Shown here: piece after piece, positions 1 to 12,261 of the stretch
How positions within the stretch are numbered: the stretch's first letter is position 1
Layout of the letters: each line of letters starts with the position of its first letter
Source: Anaerolineae bacterium
Lineage (GTDB): Bacteria; Chloroflexota; Anaerolineae; DUEN01
Direction of reading: 5' to 3'
Length of the DNA: 64,000 nt
Assembly: GCA_025060615.1 (NCBI GenBank)
Contig: JANXBS010000004.1
Location: 5,400-69,399, forward strand
Translations under genes and position numbers: made by a program
The notes under the pieces: generated by a model
Databases searched by the model: none
Seen by the model: only the letters and a program-made list of their open reading frames with translations
What the model was told of the DNA's origin: nothing

Positions 1-640
1 GAAGGCGAGGGAAATCTATCGTGCGCGGATAGGCACTGGCGCCGGCCACGATCAGCTTGGGCCGATGTTCACGAGCCAGGCGTTCAATGTCATCATAATC
101 GAGCTGCTCGGTCTCCGGATGGACGCCATAGTGGATGAAACGATAGAGCTGGCCTGACGCATTCAACCGGGAGCCATGGGTGAGATGGCCACCATGATCT
201 AGTTTCATCGCTAGTACCGTATCGCCAGGCTCTAGCAGTGCCAGATAAGCTGCCAGATTGGCCTGCGCGCCGGCATGGGGTTGCACGTTGACATGCTCTG
301 CGCCGAAAAGCCGCTTGGCGCGCTCAATGGCAAGCTGCTCAATCTCGTCTATGAACTCGCAGCCACCGTAATAACGGCGTCCTGGGAGCCCTTCGGCATA
401 CTTGTTGGTCAACACCGAACCGGTCGCTGCCAGCACAGCCGGGCTGACATAGTTCTCGCTGGCGATCAACTCGATCCCATCCGTCTGCCGACGACGCTCA
501 TCCTCGATGAGCGCAAACACCTCGGGATCTTCCATTTGCAGCACAGCCCTGGGATCGGGCATCTCTGTCCAAGGACGAAATCCATTCGTTCCCCTTATAG
601 TCGTCCATGTCAACGTAGAGAGCTCTTTCATTTACAGCCC
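1..640 (-). CDS. glyA: Serine hydroxymethyltransferase, N-terminal part only; the gene's 3' end runs past position 1 of the window
   Basis: Minus-strand translation from ATG at 640 (possibly 563) reads MKELS...[74 protein letters not shown]...[11 protein letters not shown], matching SHMT hallmark motifs. The +-strand ORFs 275..670 and 507..698 are antisense artefacts. Confidence 0.85.
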
Positions 641-672
641 CCTATTGGTATTGCATCTGCAGAGGTCTAGGA

Positions 673-1998
673 TTAGGGATGTTCCAGGTCGTAAATGACT
701 AGGCCAGAAGGCAACTTCGGATAGAAAAAGGTAGCCTTGGGAGGAGCCACTTGTCCTGCCTCAGCCACGGCCCGCAATTGGCTAAGACGCGGCGGGGTGA
801 CCAAGAAGACAGCCTGATAGCGCCCATGGCGCACACCGGCGAGGGCCCGCTGGGCATCGGGCTCGAAGTCAATGAATGGATATTGTTCATGGCTTTCCCG
901 TCCGATTCCCAAGATCGGCCCCAGCACCAGCGTTTGTAACGCGGTCACATCCCAATCAGCCACGGCCGGATGATCCTGTGCGAACAGGAGGCTCAAGGTA
1001 GCCGCGTTGGACCGCAGACGCAACAGGTAGCCGCCCGGCCGATCGGCCAAGACCAGGCCGAGGACGCGATGGGCACGCGTCGCCCTGCCCATCTCCGTCA
1101 GCAGATCAGCCTCTACGGCAAAGTGAATGAGCTCGAAGTGGCGTTCCAACTCCCGGAGCAGCCGATCGGGGTCGAATCCCGGCACATCATGTAGACAGCG
1201 ATGGGTGGGCAGAATGGTCAGCCCGGGATCTTCCATGGCTACCGCGTAGATTAGGACGTAGTTATATGGTGCCTCACTGGAATCGCCGTCCTCGCCCATC
1301 TCCTGACGCTGGTATGCCAGCGCTGTCTCATAGCGATGATGGCCATCGGCTACATAAAGTATGCGCTCAGCCATCGCCGCACAGGCTTGCGCGATGGCCT
1401 CGACATCGGTGATCACCCATAGGCGATGGGTGATCTCAGGCTCCTCAGCGACGGCGCTAGGGGTTGCAGGCCGCGCGGCCAACAGAGGAGCCAACACCTC
1501 TCCCAACGGATCGCTGTAGAGCAGGAAGACAGGGTTAAACTCAGCACGGGTTGCCATCAACAGCGCCAGCCTATCCGCTTTGGCGTGGGGGAAGGTTCGC
1601 TCATGGGGCAGCACCCCTTCGCCCCAAGGGACCAGGCGCAACCGGCCGATCAGCCCCGTGCGCGTGAGCTGTGGCCCCCCTGGCAATCGAAAGCACTGCT
1701 CTAGCACATACAGCGCCGGCGCCGCTTCCTGGATGAGGATCCCCTCTCGCTGCCATTGCCGGAATCGCTCAGCCGCTCGCGTATATCGCTCCAGACCCAT
1801 TGTCTCATCAGGCAAGTCAATCTGCACGATATTGTGAGGGTGAAGCCGCATCAGAGCCTGCCGCTGTTCGGCTGAGATCACGTCATAAGGGGGGGATAAG
1901 CGCGATATCAAGTTCTCCGTAGCAGGCACGGCAAAACGCCAACCACGGAAAGGGGCCAACATGATTGGTGCCCGTCCTTTCATTGGACACTCGCGCAT
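673..1998 (-). CDS. DUF1015 family protein
   Basis: 441-aa ORF with the ADGHHRY-type motif typical of DUF1015; 8-nt gap to the upstream HAD gene, 32 nt to glyA. Confidence 0.65.
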   Translation of the reverse strand: MRECPMKGRAPIMLAPFRGWRFAVPATENLISRLSPPYDVISAEQRQALMRLHPHNIVQIDLPDETMGLERYTRAAERFRQWQREGILIQEAAPALYVLEQCFRLPGGPQLTRTGLIGRLRLVPWGEGVLPHERTFPHAKADRLALLMATRAEFNPVFLLYSDPLGEVLAPLLAARPATPSAVAEEPEITHRLWVITDVEAIAQACAAMAERILYVADGHHRYETALAYQRQEMGEDGDSSEAPYNYVLIYAVAMEDPGLTILPTHRCLHDVPGFDPDRLLRELERHFELIHFAVEADLLTEMGRATRAHRVLGLVLADRPGGYLLRLRSNAATLSLLFAQDHPAVADWDVTALQTLVLGPILGIGRESHEQYPFIDFEPDAQRALAGVRHGRYQAVFLVTPPRLSQLRAVAEAGQVAPPKATFFYPKLPSGLVIYDLEHP

Positions 1999-2006
1999 CC
2001 TGGTGG

Positions 2007-3206
2007 TTACCTTGGTAGCCAGTCGTCAACCGGTTGACCCACCACGTGGGTGAGCTTGCGGTGAAGGGCTTGATATCCCTGTTCAGCCTGTTCCGGTGTC
2101 GGCAAGGAAGCCTCATCAGGCTTATCAGACAGAGCCAAGAGCAGCACACCTCGTCGATTCAGCCATCGCATTGCCGTCATGATCTCCCCGGTGAGGCAGA
2201 TCTCCTCGTTCAGACGTTGCTCCAAGGGCGCGTGATCCGGCAGATTGGCCATCCGTGAGATAGTCGCCAAGTATTCCTGGCGGCGAAACGCCTTGAAAGG
2301 CGTAGGATCACCAGACTGAAAGCGAGCGTAGATAGCTCGATGTAGGTCGATCAAGCAAACGTTCGTCTCACGGCATAGCCGCACATCCATCCAGCGGATG
2401 AACTGCTCGAAGTTCACCATATGTCCTTCGGCGATATCCTGCTTCAGCGCGTCTAAGGTACACATGCCTGCTCCGATCATCAAGCAAATGTAGGCCAGAT
2501 AGTCCTGATTATCGGCGGTGAAGGCATGGTAATCAGGTTGATTGAGCTCGCGGTACGCCGTTCGGAACGCTGTCAGGTCCAGATGCTCTCCCAACACTTG
2601 CTTTACGACGAGCTCAGCCCCCTCCATGCGCGCGCAGTCAATGGGCGTCGCATTGCGGCCGCGCGCCCCCAGCGCAGTTTTGTCAATGTCCACCACTACA
2701 GCAGTCGTCTCGTCGAGGCAGGCTTCCTGCTGATTGAGAAGCCAGTTTAGCCACTCAGCTATGGCGGCCCAGCGGTTGGCCAGCGTGATCCCATCCGCCT
2801 GATGCTCAATCTTGGGCGGAGCGGCCAATTGCTCGTTGGCGATGAATGCCCATCCCTGCCAGCCAGTGACTTGGACGAGGTTACGAAAGGCTGTACTATC
2901 GAGCAAAGCCGTGTCTCCCAGATACAACAGCTCCTGCAGGGGCTGCTGTACACCACGCATCTCTTGTGCAAGCCGTAACAGCCAGCCAACCGCCTGGGCA
3001 TAAGTGAGTTCGTGCTTGCGCGGCAACTGACTGTTCGGCAATCCCATCTCGTGCCAGGCTTCTTGGAACGAGGGCAATCGGCGGTCCACCGGCTCAAGCC
3101 GCCGGTACAGCACTAGATCGCCGAGCAGATCTGATAAGGCTCCAAGCCCCCGATTCTCCAACACCGGGGCTTCCAAGTACATCATGGTATTTACTTGCCT
3201 AGACAT
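2007..3206 (-). CDS. HAD-superfamily hydrolase with large N-terminal/cap region (5'-nucleotidase-like or phosphoserine-phosphatase-like; function unknown)
   Basis: 399-aa ORF; HAD motif I VVVDIDKTALG (DxDxT) at ~aa 165 and a later ALSDKPDEAS motif; start overlaps asd stop by 8 nt. Start codon uncertain (3206 or 3185). Confidence 0.5.
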   Translation of the reverse strand: MSRQVNTMMYLEAPVLENRGLGALSDLLGDLVLYRRLEPVDRRLPSFQEAWHEMGLPNSQLPRKHELTYAQAVGWLLRLAQEMRGVQQPLQELLYLGDTALLDSTAFRNLVQVTGWQGWAFIANEQLAAPPKIEHQADGITLANRWAAIAEWLNWLLNQQEACLDETTAVVVDIDKTALGARGRNATPIDCARMEGAELVVKQVLGEHLDLTAFRTAYRELNQPDYHAFTADNQDYLAYICLMIGAGMCTLDALKQDIAEGHMVNFEQFIRWMDVRLCRETNVCLIDLHRAIYARFQSGDPTPFKAFRRQEYLATISRMANLPDHAPLEQRLNEEICLTGEIMTAMRWLNRRGVLLLALSDKPDEASLPTPEQAEQGYQALHRKLTHVVGQPVDDWLPR

Positions 3207-4290
3207 GCGCCTTCGCTCGCTCTGCTGTCATTTGGGGGACAATCCAACCTTGGGCTACCAATAGCTCGGCGTTCAGAAGCGCGCCGCCAGCGGCGCCTCG
3301 GATCGTATTATGTCCCAACACTACAAACTTCCAGTCCAGCAAGGGACAGGGGCGAATGCGCCCCACCACCGTCGCCATGCCTGGCACACTGCCCGCTAGC
3401 CGATCCACACGGGGCTGTGGCCGGTCTATCTCTTCACGGATGAGAATTGGCGGCTGAGGCGCATGGGGTAATCCCAGCTTCTGGGGCAGCCCCTGGAACG
3501 ACCGCAGCGCCTCGATGATATCATCCCGGCTGGCCCGGCGCTGCAGCGCGATGGAGACGCATTCGGTGTGTCCATTGCGCACGGCCACGCGGTTGCAATG
3601 CGCGCTGACTTGGAACGAAGCCATCTCCACGTGGTCGCCGGCCAGACGGCCCAATAGCTTGCGCGGCTCGCTCTCGACTTTCTCCTCTTCACCGCTGATG
3701 TAGGGGATCACATTATCCAGAATGTCCAGCGAGGGGACGCCAGGGTATCCTGCCCCCGAGATGGCCTGCATACTCACCATAAACACCTTTTCCAGACCGA
3801 ACGCATCGTGCAATGGCTTGAGCGCGCTCACCAGATGGGTGGTGGTGCAGTTTGGATTGGTAACGATGAAGCCGCGCCAGCCGCGACGGCGACGCTGCAC
3901 CTCGATCAAGGCCGTATGATCGGGATTGACTTCCGGGATGAGCAGAGGGATGTCTGGCTCCATCCGATAAGCAGAAGCGTTGGAACAGACGGCATATCCT
4001 GCCTCGGCGAAAGGCGGCTCCACCTCACGAGCGATGTTAGCCGGCAGAGCCGAAAAAACGAGATCACATGCCAGCCCTGGAGCACCATACTCCAACACCA
4101 TGTCGCGCACCGCCTCTGGCATATCGCCGCGCAAGATCCAGCGGCAAGCATCCGCATATCGCTTGCCCGCCGAGCGCTCCGATGCAGCCAGCACGGTGAT
4201 CTCGAACCAGGGATGTCCGACGAGCAACTGCACGAAGCGTTGTCCGACAGCTCCCGTTGCACCCAGAATGCCCACACGGATCTTTTCCAT
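3199..4290 (-). CDS. asd: Aspartate-semialdehyde dehydrogenase
   Basis: MEKIRVGILGATGAVGQRF...NCTTTHLV...SGAGYPG motifs; start ATG at 4290 with GGAGAAG RBS. The ORF track extends it to 4410 with no support. Confidence 0.9.
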   Translation of the reverse strand: MEKIRVGILGATGAVGQRFVQLLVGHPWFEITVLAASERSAGKRYADACRWILRGDMPEAVRDMVLEYGAPGLACDLVFSALPANIAREVEPPFAEAGYAVCSNASAYRMEPDIPLLIPEVNPDHTALIEVQRRRRGWRGFIVTNPNCTTTHLVSALKPLHDAFGLEKVFMVSMQAISGAGYPGVPSLDILDNVIPYISGEEEKVESEPRKLLGRLAGDHVEMASFQVSAHCNRVAVRNGHTECVSIALQRRASRDDIIEALRSFQGLPQKLGLPHAPQPPILIREEIDRPQPRVDRLAGSVPGMATVVGRIRPCPLLDWKFVVLGHNTIRGAAGGALLNAELLVAQGWIVPQMTAERAKAHV

Positions 4291-4301
4291 ACGACTTCTC
4301 C

Positions 4302-5390
4302 TTACCTCATACACCGAGCTAAGGCCACAATATCCGATAACACCCCTGCGGCCGTGGCTTCCACCCCAGCTCCTCGTCCCTGCAGCACGAGCGGATCTGG
4401 CGTATACCATCGCGTGTGGAACTCGGCTAGGTTATCGCTGCCTCGCAGCCGGCCCAGCGGGCTGTCCACCGAGACAGGGCACAGGCCAACCACGCAGCGT
4501 CCTCCGGCGACTTCTGCCACATAACGCAGGGTCTGCCCTTTCCCTTGGGTGAATTGCATCCGATCGGCTAATTCCGCGTCGAACGCACGCAACCCGGCCA
4601 GAAACTCGTCTACCGTCCCCGATGCCAGGGATGGTGGGAACAGCGGCTCTACCGCTACGTCTGCTAATTCCAGATCCCAGTCTAGCATACGCGCCAAGAT
4701 CAAAGCCTTTCGGGCGACATCCAGCCCGCTCAGATCATCGCGCGGATCCGGTTCGGTATATCCCATCTCGTGCGCCTGATGCACCGCCACCGAAAACGGG
4801 CATCCTGACTCCAGCTGAGTCATCAGAAAACCCAGCGTGCCAGAGAGCGCCCCGGCGATACGCTTCACCTCGTCGCCGCTGCGGAGAAGAGCCTCTAGGG
4901 TGGCGATGATTGGCGTCCCCGCCCCGACGGTGGCCTCATGTCGCAGCCGTCCCGACGCAGTCAGCCGGCGAAATAAGGCCATTGGCCCCGTCAGCGGCTT
5001 CTTGTTGGCCAGCACCACGCCATAGCCGCGATCCAGCGCCATCTCCAACGCCGGTATCACCGCCTCGGTCGCCGTGCAATCCACCACGATCGCCCGGTCG
5101 CGGCCTGCCACGTCCACGATCGCGCGAGCGTCGGAGGCGTAATACCCATATGGCGTCTCCGCCAGCGGCGTGCCTTGTGCTTTGTGCTGTTCGATGAGCT
5201 GCAGCGTCTCATCGCTCAGGCCATTTGGCTCGACCACAGCCCCTTGGCTATCGGCCAACGCCACAATGGACAGATGTACCCCGTACCGTTCCGTGTGCAG
5301 CCGACGGTTGGCGATCATTTGTCGCAACAACGCCCGGCCCACCCCGCCGACGCCTAGGACGATGAGAGGTACGATATGCGCCGCGGCCAC
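4302..5390 (-). CDS. hom: Homoserine dehydrogenase
   Basis: 362 aa; N-terminal GVGGVG NAD(P) fold, LANKKPL, TVGAGTPII motifs typical of Hom. Confidence 0.9.
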   Translation of the reverse strand: MAAAHIVPLIVLGVGGVGRALLRQMIANRRLHTERYGVHLSIVALADSQGAVVEPNGLSDETLQLIEQHKAQGTPLAETPYGYYASDARAIVDVAGRDRAIVVDCTATEAVIPALEMALDRGYGVVLANKKPLTGPMALFRRLTASGRLRHEATVGAGTPIIATLEALLRSGDEVKRIAGALSGTLGFLMTQLESGCPFSVAVHQAHEMGYTEPDPRDDLSGLDVARKALILARMLDWDLELADVAVEPLFPPSLASGTVDEFLAGLRAFDAELADRMQFTQGKGQTLRYVAEVAGGRCVVGLCPVSVDSPLGRLRGSDNLAEFHTRWYTPDPLVLQGRGAGVEATAAGVLSDIVALARCMR

Positions 5391-5426
5391 TCAACTCCCC
5401 CCATCCGCAAGTCGCTCTGACAACAA

Positions 5427-5467
5427 AGGGGAACTGCAGGACTCCCTTCGAGGCCTTCTCAGTTCCC
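5427..5467 (-). terminator. Intergenic hairpin between lysC and hom: 9-bp perfect stem GGGGAACTG/CAGTTCCCC with a 23-nt loop, followed on the minus strand by TTTGTTGTC. Possible partial terminator or attenuator.
   Basis: Seen directly in the 195-nt lysC-hom spacer. Confidence 0.3.
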
Positions 5468-5585
5468 CTTTGAGCGGTGCCATCTCTGACAAAGTTTGTA
5501 CGGGCGCTTACCGTAGCCCACTGGCGGACAGTGCGAATCTTCGCCGATTCAAGCCAAATTTACAGGCTACATGATACCCGTGGCA

Positions 5586-6992
5586 TCATCCCTTGTCAAG
5601 TCCGAACGCGGCATGGATGCGGCGCACAGCTTCATCGCTGTCTCCCTGAGCAACGACCAGCGAGATGTTCGCCTCTGAAGACCCTTGGGCGATGGCGATG
5701 ACGTTGATGCCGGCATCCCCCAGCGCACCGAAGACCTTGGCAGCGATCCCCGGCGTGCCCTTCATGGCCGAGCCTACCACAGCTACGATAACGATGCCGT
5801 CCTCGCCGTGAATGGAGTCAATGAGCCGGCGCTCTAGCTCATAGGCCATCGCCTGACGCAGCGCTTCAAGGACACGTGCAGTATCTGCCTGGGGGATCAC
5901 AAAGCAGATGCTCTGCTCCGAGGAGGACTGCGAGATCATCAAAACGTTGGCGCCGACGCTCGCCACCGCTTGGAAGGTGCGCGCAGCGATGCCAGGGACG
6001 CCGATCATGCCCCGTCCCTCTACCGTCACCAAAGTCAGCCCCTTGATAGCGGTGATCGCCTTGACGACGTGCCCTGTGTTGTCAGCCTTGCGCACGATGC
6101 GGGTGCCCGGGTGGTCGGGATTGAACGTGTTGAGCACGTAAATCGGGATGTCCTGTTCGACAGCTGGCAAGATCGTCTTAGGGTGCAGCACCTTCGCGCC
6201 GAAGTAGGCTAGCTCAGCCGCCTCGGCATAGGAGAGCTGGGGCAACGTACGCGCTGTGGGGACGATGCGCGGGTCGGCGGTGAGTACCCCGTCCACATCC
6301 GTCCAGATCTCCACACGCTCGGCGTCCAAACAAGCTCCGACGATAGCCGCCGAGTAGTCAGAGCCGCCGCGCCCCAACGTGGTGGTGATCCCGTTTTGGG
6401 TCGCTCCGATAAAGCCCGTGACCACCGGCACCACGCCTTGCTCAATGAGGGGCAGAAGCCGCTCACGCGTGCGTTGGCGTGTAGGTTCCATCAGGGGGTT
6501 CGCGCTGCCGAAATGATCATCGGTGACGATGAACTCGCTGGCATCTACAGGTTCGGCTGGGATGCCGCGGGCATTCAACACGGCAGCCAGCAAGGGGGCG
6601 GCCAGGCGTTCGCCCAGGCTAGAGACCACGTCCAGGCCACGCGCCGTCAACTCGCCCAGGACGGCGATGCTGTGGCAGAGCTGCTCGAAGGTTGCCAGCT
6701 TCTCTTCGAACAGCCGTCCTAGCGCGGCGCGAGCCACGCCATCGGGCACGAGCTGGCCGGCCACCATTTGATGCCTAGCCAGCAACTCCGAGCGCACATC
6801 CCGATACACCTGCTCGTTCCCCTCGGCGGCGGCCTTGGCGGCCGCGATCAGGGAATTCGTAACGCCACTCATCGCTGAGGTCACCACCACCGTTTGTGGG
6901 TCCTGAGCGCGCGCCCGTTCGATGATGCTGGCAACGCGGGCGAAGGCATCGGCGTTCCCAACGGACGTCCCACCGAATTTCAAAACTCGCAT
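5586..6992 (-). CDS. lysC: Aspartate kinase (monofunctional, with C-terminal ACT domains)
   Basis: MRVLKFGGTSVGNADAF start, aspartokinase core and duplicated ACT region; GGGGAGG RBS. Confidence 0.9.
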   Translation of the reverse strand: MRVLKFGGTSVGNADAFARVASIIERARAQDPQTVVVTSAMSGVTNSLIAAAKAAAEGNEQVYRDVRSELLARHQMVAGQLVPDGVARAALGRLFEEKLATFEQLCHSIAVLGELTARGLDVVSSLGERLAAPLLAAVLNARGIPAEPVDASEFIVTDDHFGSANPLMEPTRQRTRERLLPLIEQGVVPVVTGFIGATQNGITTTLGRGGSDYSAAIVGACLDAERVEIWTDVDGVLTADPRIVPTARTLPQLSYAEAAELAYFGAKVLHPKTILPAVEQDIPIYVLNTFNPDHPGTRIVRKADNTGHVVKAITAIKGLTLVTVEGRGMIGVPGIAARTFQAVASVGANVLMISQSSSEQSICFVIPQADTARVLEALRQAMAYELERRLIDSIHGEDGIVIVAVVGSAMKGTPGIAAKVFGALGDAGINVIAIAQGSSEANISLVVAQGDSDEAVRRIHAAFGLDKG

Positions 6993-7160
6993 GTATGCCT
7001 CCCCAATGGAATTGCTTATAACCTACAGGCAGCTCTACAGTGAACCGCAGATGACTTTGAACTCCATCCCCATAGCCCCCTTCCCCTAATTTGAGGAAGG
7101 GAGGTCCTTTTTACTAGGGGGGTCTTGCGACGGCTACGCCGTTGCAAAAATCCCTCCACA
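6993..7160 (-). promoter_or_regulatory. Structured 5' leader of lysC: alternative hairpins share the segment CCTCCCTTCC (GGAGGG...CCTCCC versus CCCTTCC...GGAAGGG), plus hairpin TTGCAACGG/CCGTCGCAA. Class unknown; not an obvious L-box.
   Basis: Complementary segments read from the sequence; no conserved lysine-riboswitch motifs recognised. Confidence 0.25.
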
Positions 7161-7166
7161 AGGAAA

Positions 7167-7192
7167 CCCCGTCCCCGCATATGGGGCGGGGC
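7167..7192 (-). terminator. Hairpin CCCCGC...GCGGGG (interrupted) followed by TTTCCTT on the minus strand; weak intrinsic terminator after metW
   Basis: Seen in sequence downstream of the metW stop. Confidence 0.3.
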
Positions 7193-7217
7193 CAGGGATG
7201 AGAGCAAACACTTAGCT

Positions 7218-7838
7218 TTATCTTCCCTGTATGGAACTGTTTTTCTCGATCACCATGATCGCAACAGTGGCTAACAGGTTCTTCCATTTTCGCCAGGGCG
7301 ATACCCGCCCCCAATCGTTGAGGTAGACCTGATGCTTAATGTGAATGCCCTCGGCGCGACAGAAGTCGCCGAAGTCGCGCACGGTGAGCGGGCGCACGCG
7401 CGGCGAAGCATACCACGGCTGCGGTAGCGCCGGCGCGACAGGCATCCGGCCGGTGAGAAGCAAGCTCAGCCGACACCGCCAATGCCCCCAGTTGGGGAAA
7501 CTGACGATCCCCTGCCGGCCAACGCGCAGCATCTCATGCAGGATCAGCGCCGGGGCATCGAGATAGGGCAAAGTCTGGCTGAGGATGACGACATCGAACT
7601 GGCCATCCGGATAATCGGCCAGCCCTTCGTCTAGGTCCCCTTGGACAACGGAAAGGCCGCGGGCCACGCAGGTGCGTACTCCTGCTTCGGACAGCTCAAT
7701 CCCACGGCCATGCACTTGTTTGTGGTCAATCAGATAGCGTAGGAGCGTGCCGTCCCCGCATCCCAGGTCGAGCACGCGGGCTCCTACCGGCACCAGCTCG
7801 GCGATGGCTTGCAGATCGGGGCGCAAAGGCTCAGCCAC
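7218..7838 (-). CDS. metW: Methionine biosynthesis protein MetW (methyltransferase-fold)
   Basis: 206 aa, VLDLGCGDGTLL SAM-fold motif, immediately downstream of metX as in metXW operons. Confidence 0.8.
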   Translation of the reverse strand: MAEPLRPDLQAIAELVPVGARVLDLGCGDGTLLRYLIDHKQVHGRGIELSEAGVRTCVARGLSVVQGDLDEGLADYPDGQFDVVILSQTLPYLDAPALILHEMLRVGRQGIVSFPNWGHWRCRLSLLLTGRMPVAPALPQPWYASPRVRPLTVRDFGDFCRAEGIHIKHQVYLNDWGRVSPWRKWKNLLATVAIMVIEKNSSIQGR

Positions 7839-7859
7839 GATGAGATCACCCCTTGTAGA

Positions 7860-9065
7860 TCAGGAGCGCACAGGCTCCGCACACACTGCGATCCCTTCCT
7901 CTCGGCAGACCCGGGCCAAGAAGTCCCTTACCAGCTCGGTGAGCGTGTCCACCTCCAACAGGAAGGCGTCATGTCCGTAGTCAGAATCCACATCACAGTA
8001 GGTGACGTCCGCGCCGACAGCCTTGAGCGCGCTTACAATCTCACGCGACTGGTACGACGGGTACAGCCAGTCAGAGGTGAACGACACCACCAGGAAGCGC
8101 ACCTTCGCCGCCGGCTGGAAGGCTCTGACCAGGTTGCCGTTGCCATTGGTCAGGTCGAAGTAGTCCATCGCCTTGGTAATGTAAAGATAGCTGTTCGCGT
8201 CGAAGCGTTTGATGAAGTTCTCACCATGGTACTGCAGGTAGCTTTCCACTTCGAACTCGACGGAGAAGTCATAGCCATACTTCTCGCGGTTGCGCAGCCG
8301 TCGCCCGAACTTGCGGTGCATAGACTTATCGCTGAGGTAGGTGATATGGCCGATCATGCGCGCCAAGGCCAGCCCGGCGTTCGGCCGAGGCCCATCATAA
8401 TAATCGCCTTGGTTCCAGTTAGGATCGCGATAAATCGCCTGTCGTCCCACCTCGTTTAGGGCGATGCATTGGGGGGACAGACGAGCCGTGGCAGCCAGCG
8501 AAATACAGGAACGAACGCGCTCGGGATAGCTCACCGCCCACTGGAGGGCCTGCATCCCTCCCATAGAGCCGCCAACCACGGTCAGGAGCTTGTCTATGCC
8601 CAAGTGGTCTATCAAATGCCGCTGCGCGTTCACCATGTCGCCAATGGTGACGACCGGGAAGCTAAGGCCGTATGGTTTGCCCGTCTTGGGGTTGATGCTC
8701 GAAGGTCCTGTGCTGCCCTTACAACCCCCGATCACGTTGGAGCAGATCACCCAGTAGCGGTTTGTGTCGAACATTTTGCCCGGGCCGATGGCGTTATGCC
8801 ACCAACCCGGCTTGCGGTCTTCAGGCGTGTGATAGCCGGCCGCATGCGCGTCACCGGAAAGGGCATGTAGGATCAAAATGGCATTGGAGCGGTCCGCATT
8901 GGGATGACCATAGGTCTCATAAGCCAGGGTGATCGGCCCTAACTTCTCGCCGCTTTCTAAAATCAGCTCGTTGGGCGGCTCAGCGAAGGTGAAGTATTGC
9001 GTCTCGACCAGGCCGATTGTGCCCGGCGCTCCGAAACCGTTGTCAGGCAGTGAATTGCTGCTCAT
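7860..9065 (-). CDS. metX: Homoserine O-acetyltransferase
   Basis: alpha/beta-hydrolase GGSMGG nucleophile motif and MetX-like length and sequence; ATG at 9065 with GGGAG RBS (alternative GTG at 9077). Confidence 0.9.
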   Translation of the reverse strand: MSSNSLPDNGFGAPGTIGLVETQYFTFAEPPNELILESGEKLGPITLAYETYGHPNADRSNAILILHALSGDAHAAGYHTPEDRKPGWWHNAIGPGKMFDTNRYWVICSNVIGGCKGSTGPSSINPKTGKPYGLSFPVVTIGDMVNAQRHLIDHLGIDKLLTVVGGSMGGMQALQWAVSYPERVRSCISLAATARLSPQCIALNEVGRQAIYRDPNWNQGDYYDGPRPNAGLALARMIGHITYLSDKSMHRKFGRRLRNREKYGYDFSVEFEVESYLQYHGENFIKRFDANSYLYITKAMDYFDLTNGNGNLVRAFQPAAKVRFLVVSFTSDWLYPSYQSREIVSALKAVGADVTYCDVDSDYGHDAFLLEVDTLTELVRDFLARVCREEGIAVCAEPVRS

Positions 9066-9077
9066 ACCGACTCCCAC

Positions 9078-9383
9078 TCCCTCTGGTGTGAACGCCTTTC
9101 TCCCCAGTAGTCTCTCATTTTATCGCCTTTTCCTGCCAGAGCGAGATGGCGTGAAGGCGAAACCCTTTTACGGTTCTAGCCCCTCCCCTACCTACGCCCG
9201 GCCTTATTCAGCAGATAGAAAGCCGAGATCGGCCGGGAGGAGGCTGAAAAAGGGTTCCTCTGGAGAAGGCGTTTGCCTCTTCACGCCATCTCCTCCGGGA
9301 CACCTGTCCCCTCTTGAGGACCACCAGTAGGAGAAGCTCAGGGAAAACCTCATGACCTTAGGTTAACGCGAGGGAACGCCGGA
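9078..9383 (-). promoter_or_regulatory. Structured ~300-nt leader between metY and metX. It contains a 21-bp long-range inverted repeat (9143..9163 with 9271..9292) enclosing ~107 nt, and a nested local hairpin GGAGATGGCG/CGCCTTCTCC (9263..9294).
   Basis: Inverted repeat gagatggcgtgaaggcgaaac / gtttgcctcttcacgccatctc read directly; class unassigned. Confidence 0.3.
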
Positions 9384-11055
<1,672 letters not shown>

Positions 11056-11084
11056 CGCTTGCGGAATATTCAATTGTTGGAGTG

Positions 11085-11113
11085 AGTGTAGCATAATCGA
11101 GGAGTGCTGTCAA
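11085..11113 (-). promoter_or_regulatory. Sigma70-like promoter for the riboswitch/metY transcript: -35 TTGACA (11113..11108), 17-nt spacer, -10 TACACT (11090..11085)
   Basis: Hexamers and spacing read from the sequence ~25 nt upstream of the aptamer. Confidence 0.4.
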
Positions 11114-11145
11114 ATCGAACCAGATCAGGAATTGTGTCAGGCGGC

Positions 11146-12257
<1,112 letters not shown>

Positions 12258-12261
<4 letters not shown>

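Noticed and set aside
275-698. +-strand ORFs (131 and 63 aa) at the window start
   Set aside because: Antisense to the clearly recognisable glyA coding sequence; high-GC antisense artefacts
3808-4552. 238-aa and 190-aa +-strand ORFs
   Set aside because: Lie antisense across asd/hom; low-complexity Ala/Arg/Pro-rich translation typical of GC-rich antisense frames
6993-7217. lysC leader as a canonical lysine (L-box) riboswitch
   Set aside because: Could not find the conserved L-box core motifs; left as an unclassified structured leader
9263-9294. Local hairpin in the metX leader as an intrinsic terminator
   Set aside because: The U-tract lies ~10 nt away from the stem base rather than immediately adjacent, so canonical termination is unlikely; kept as part of the regulatory structure
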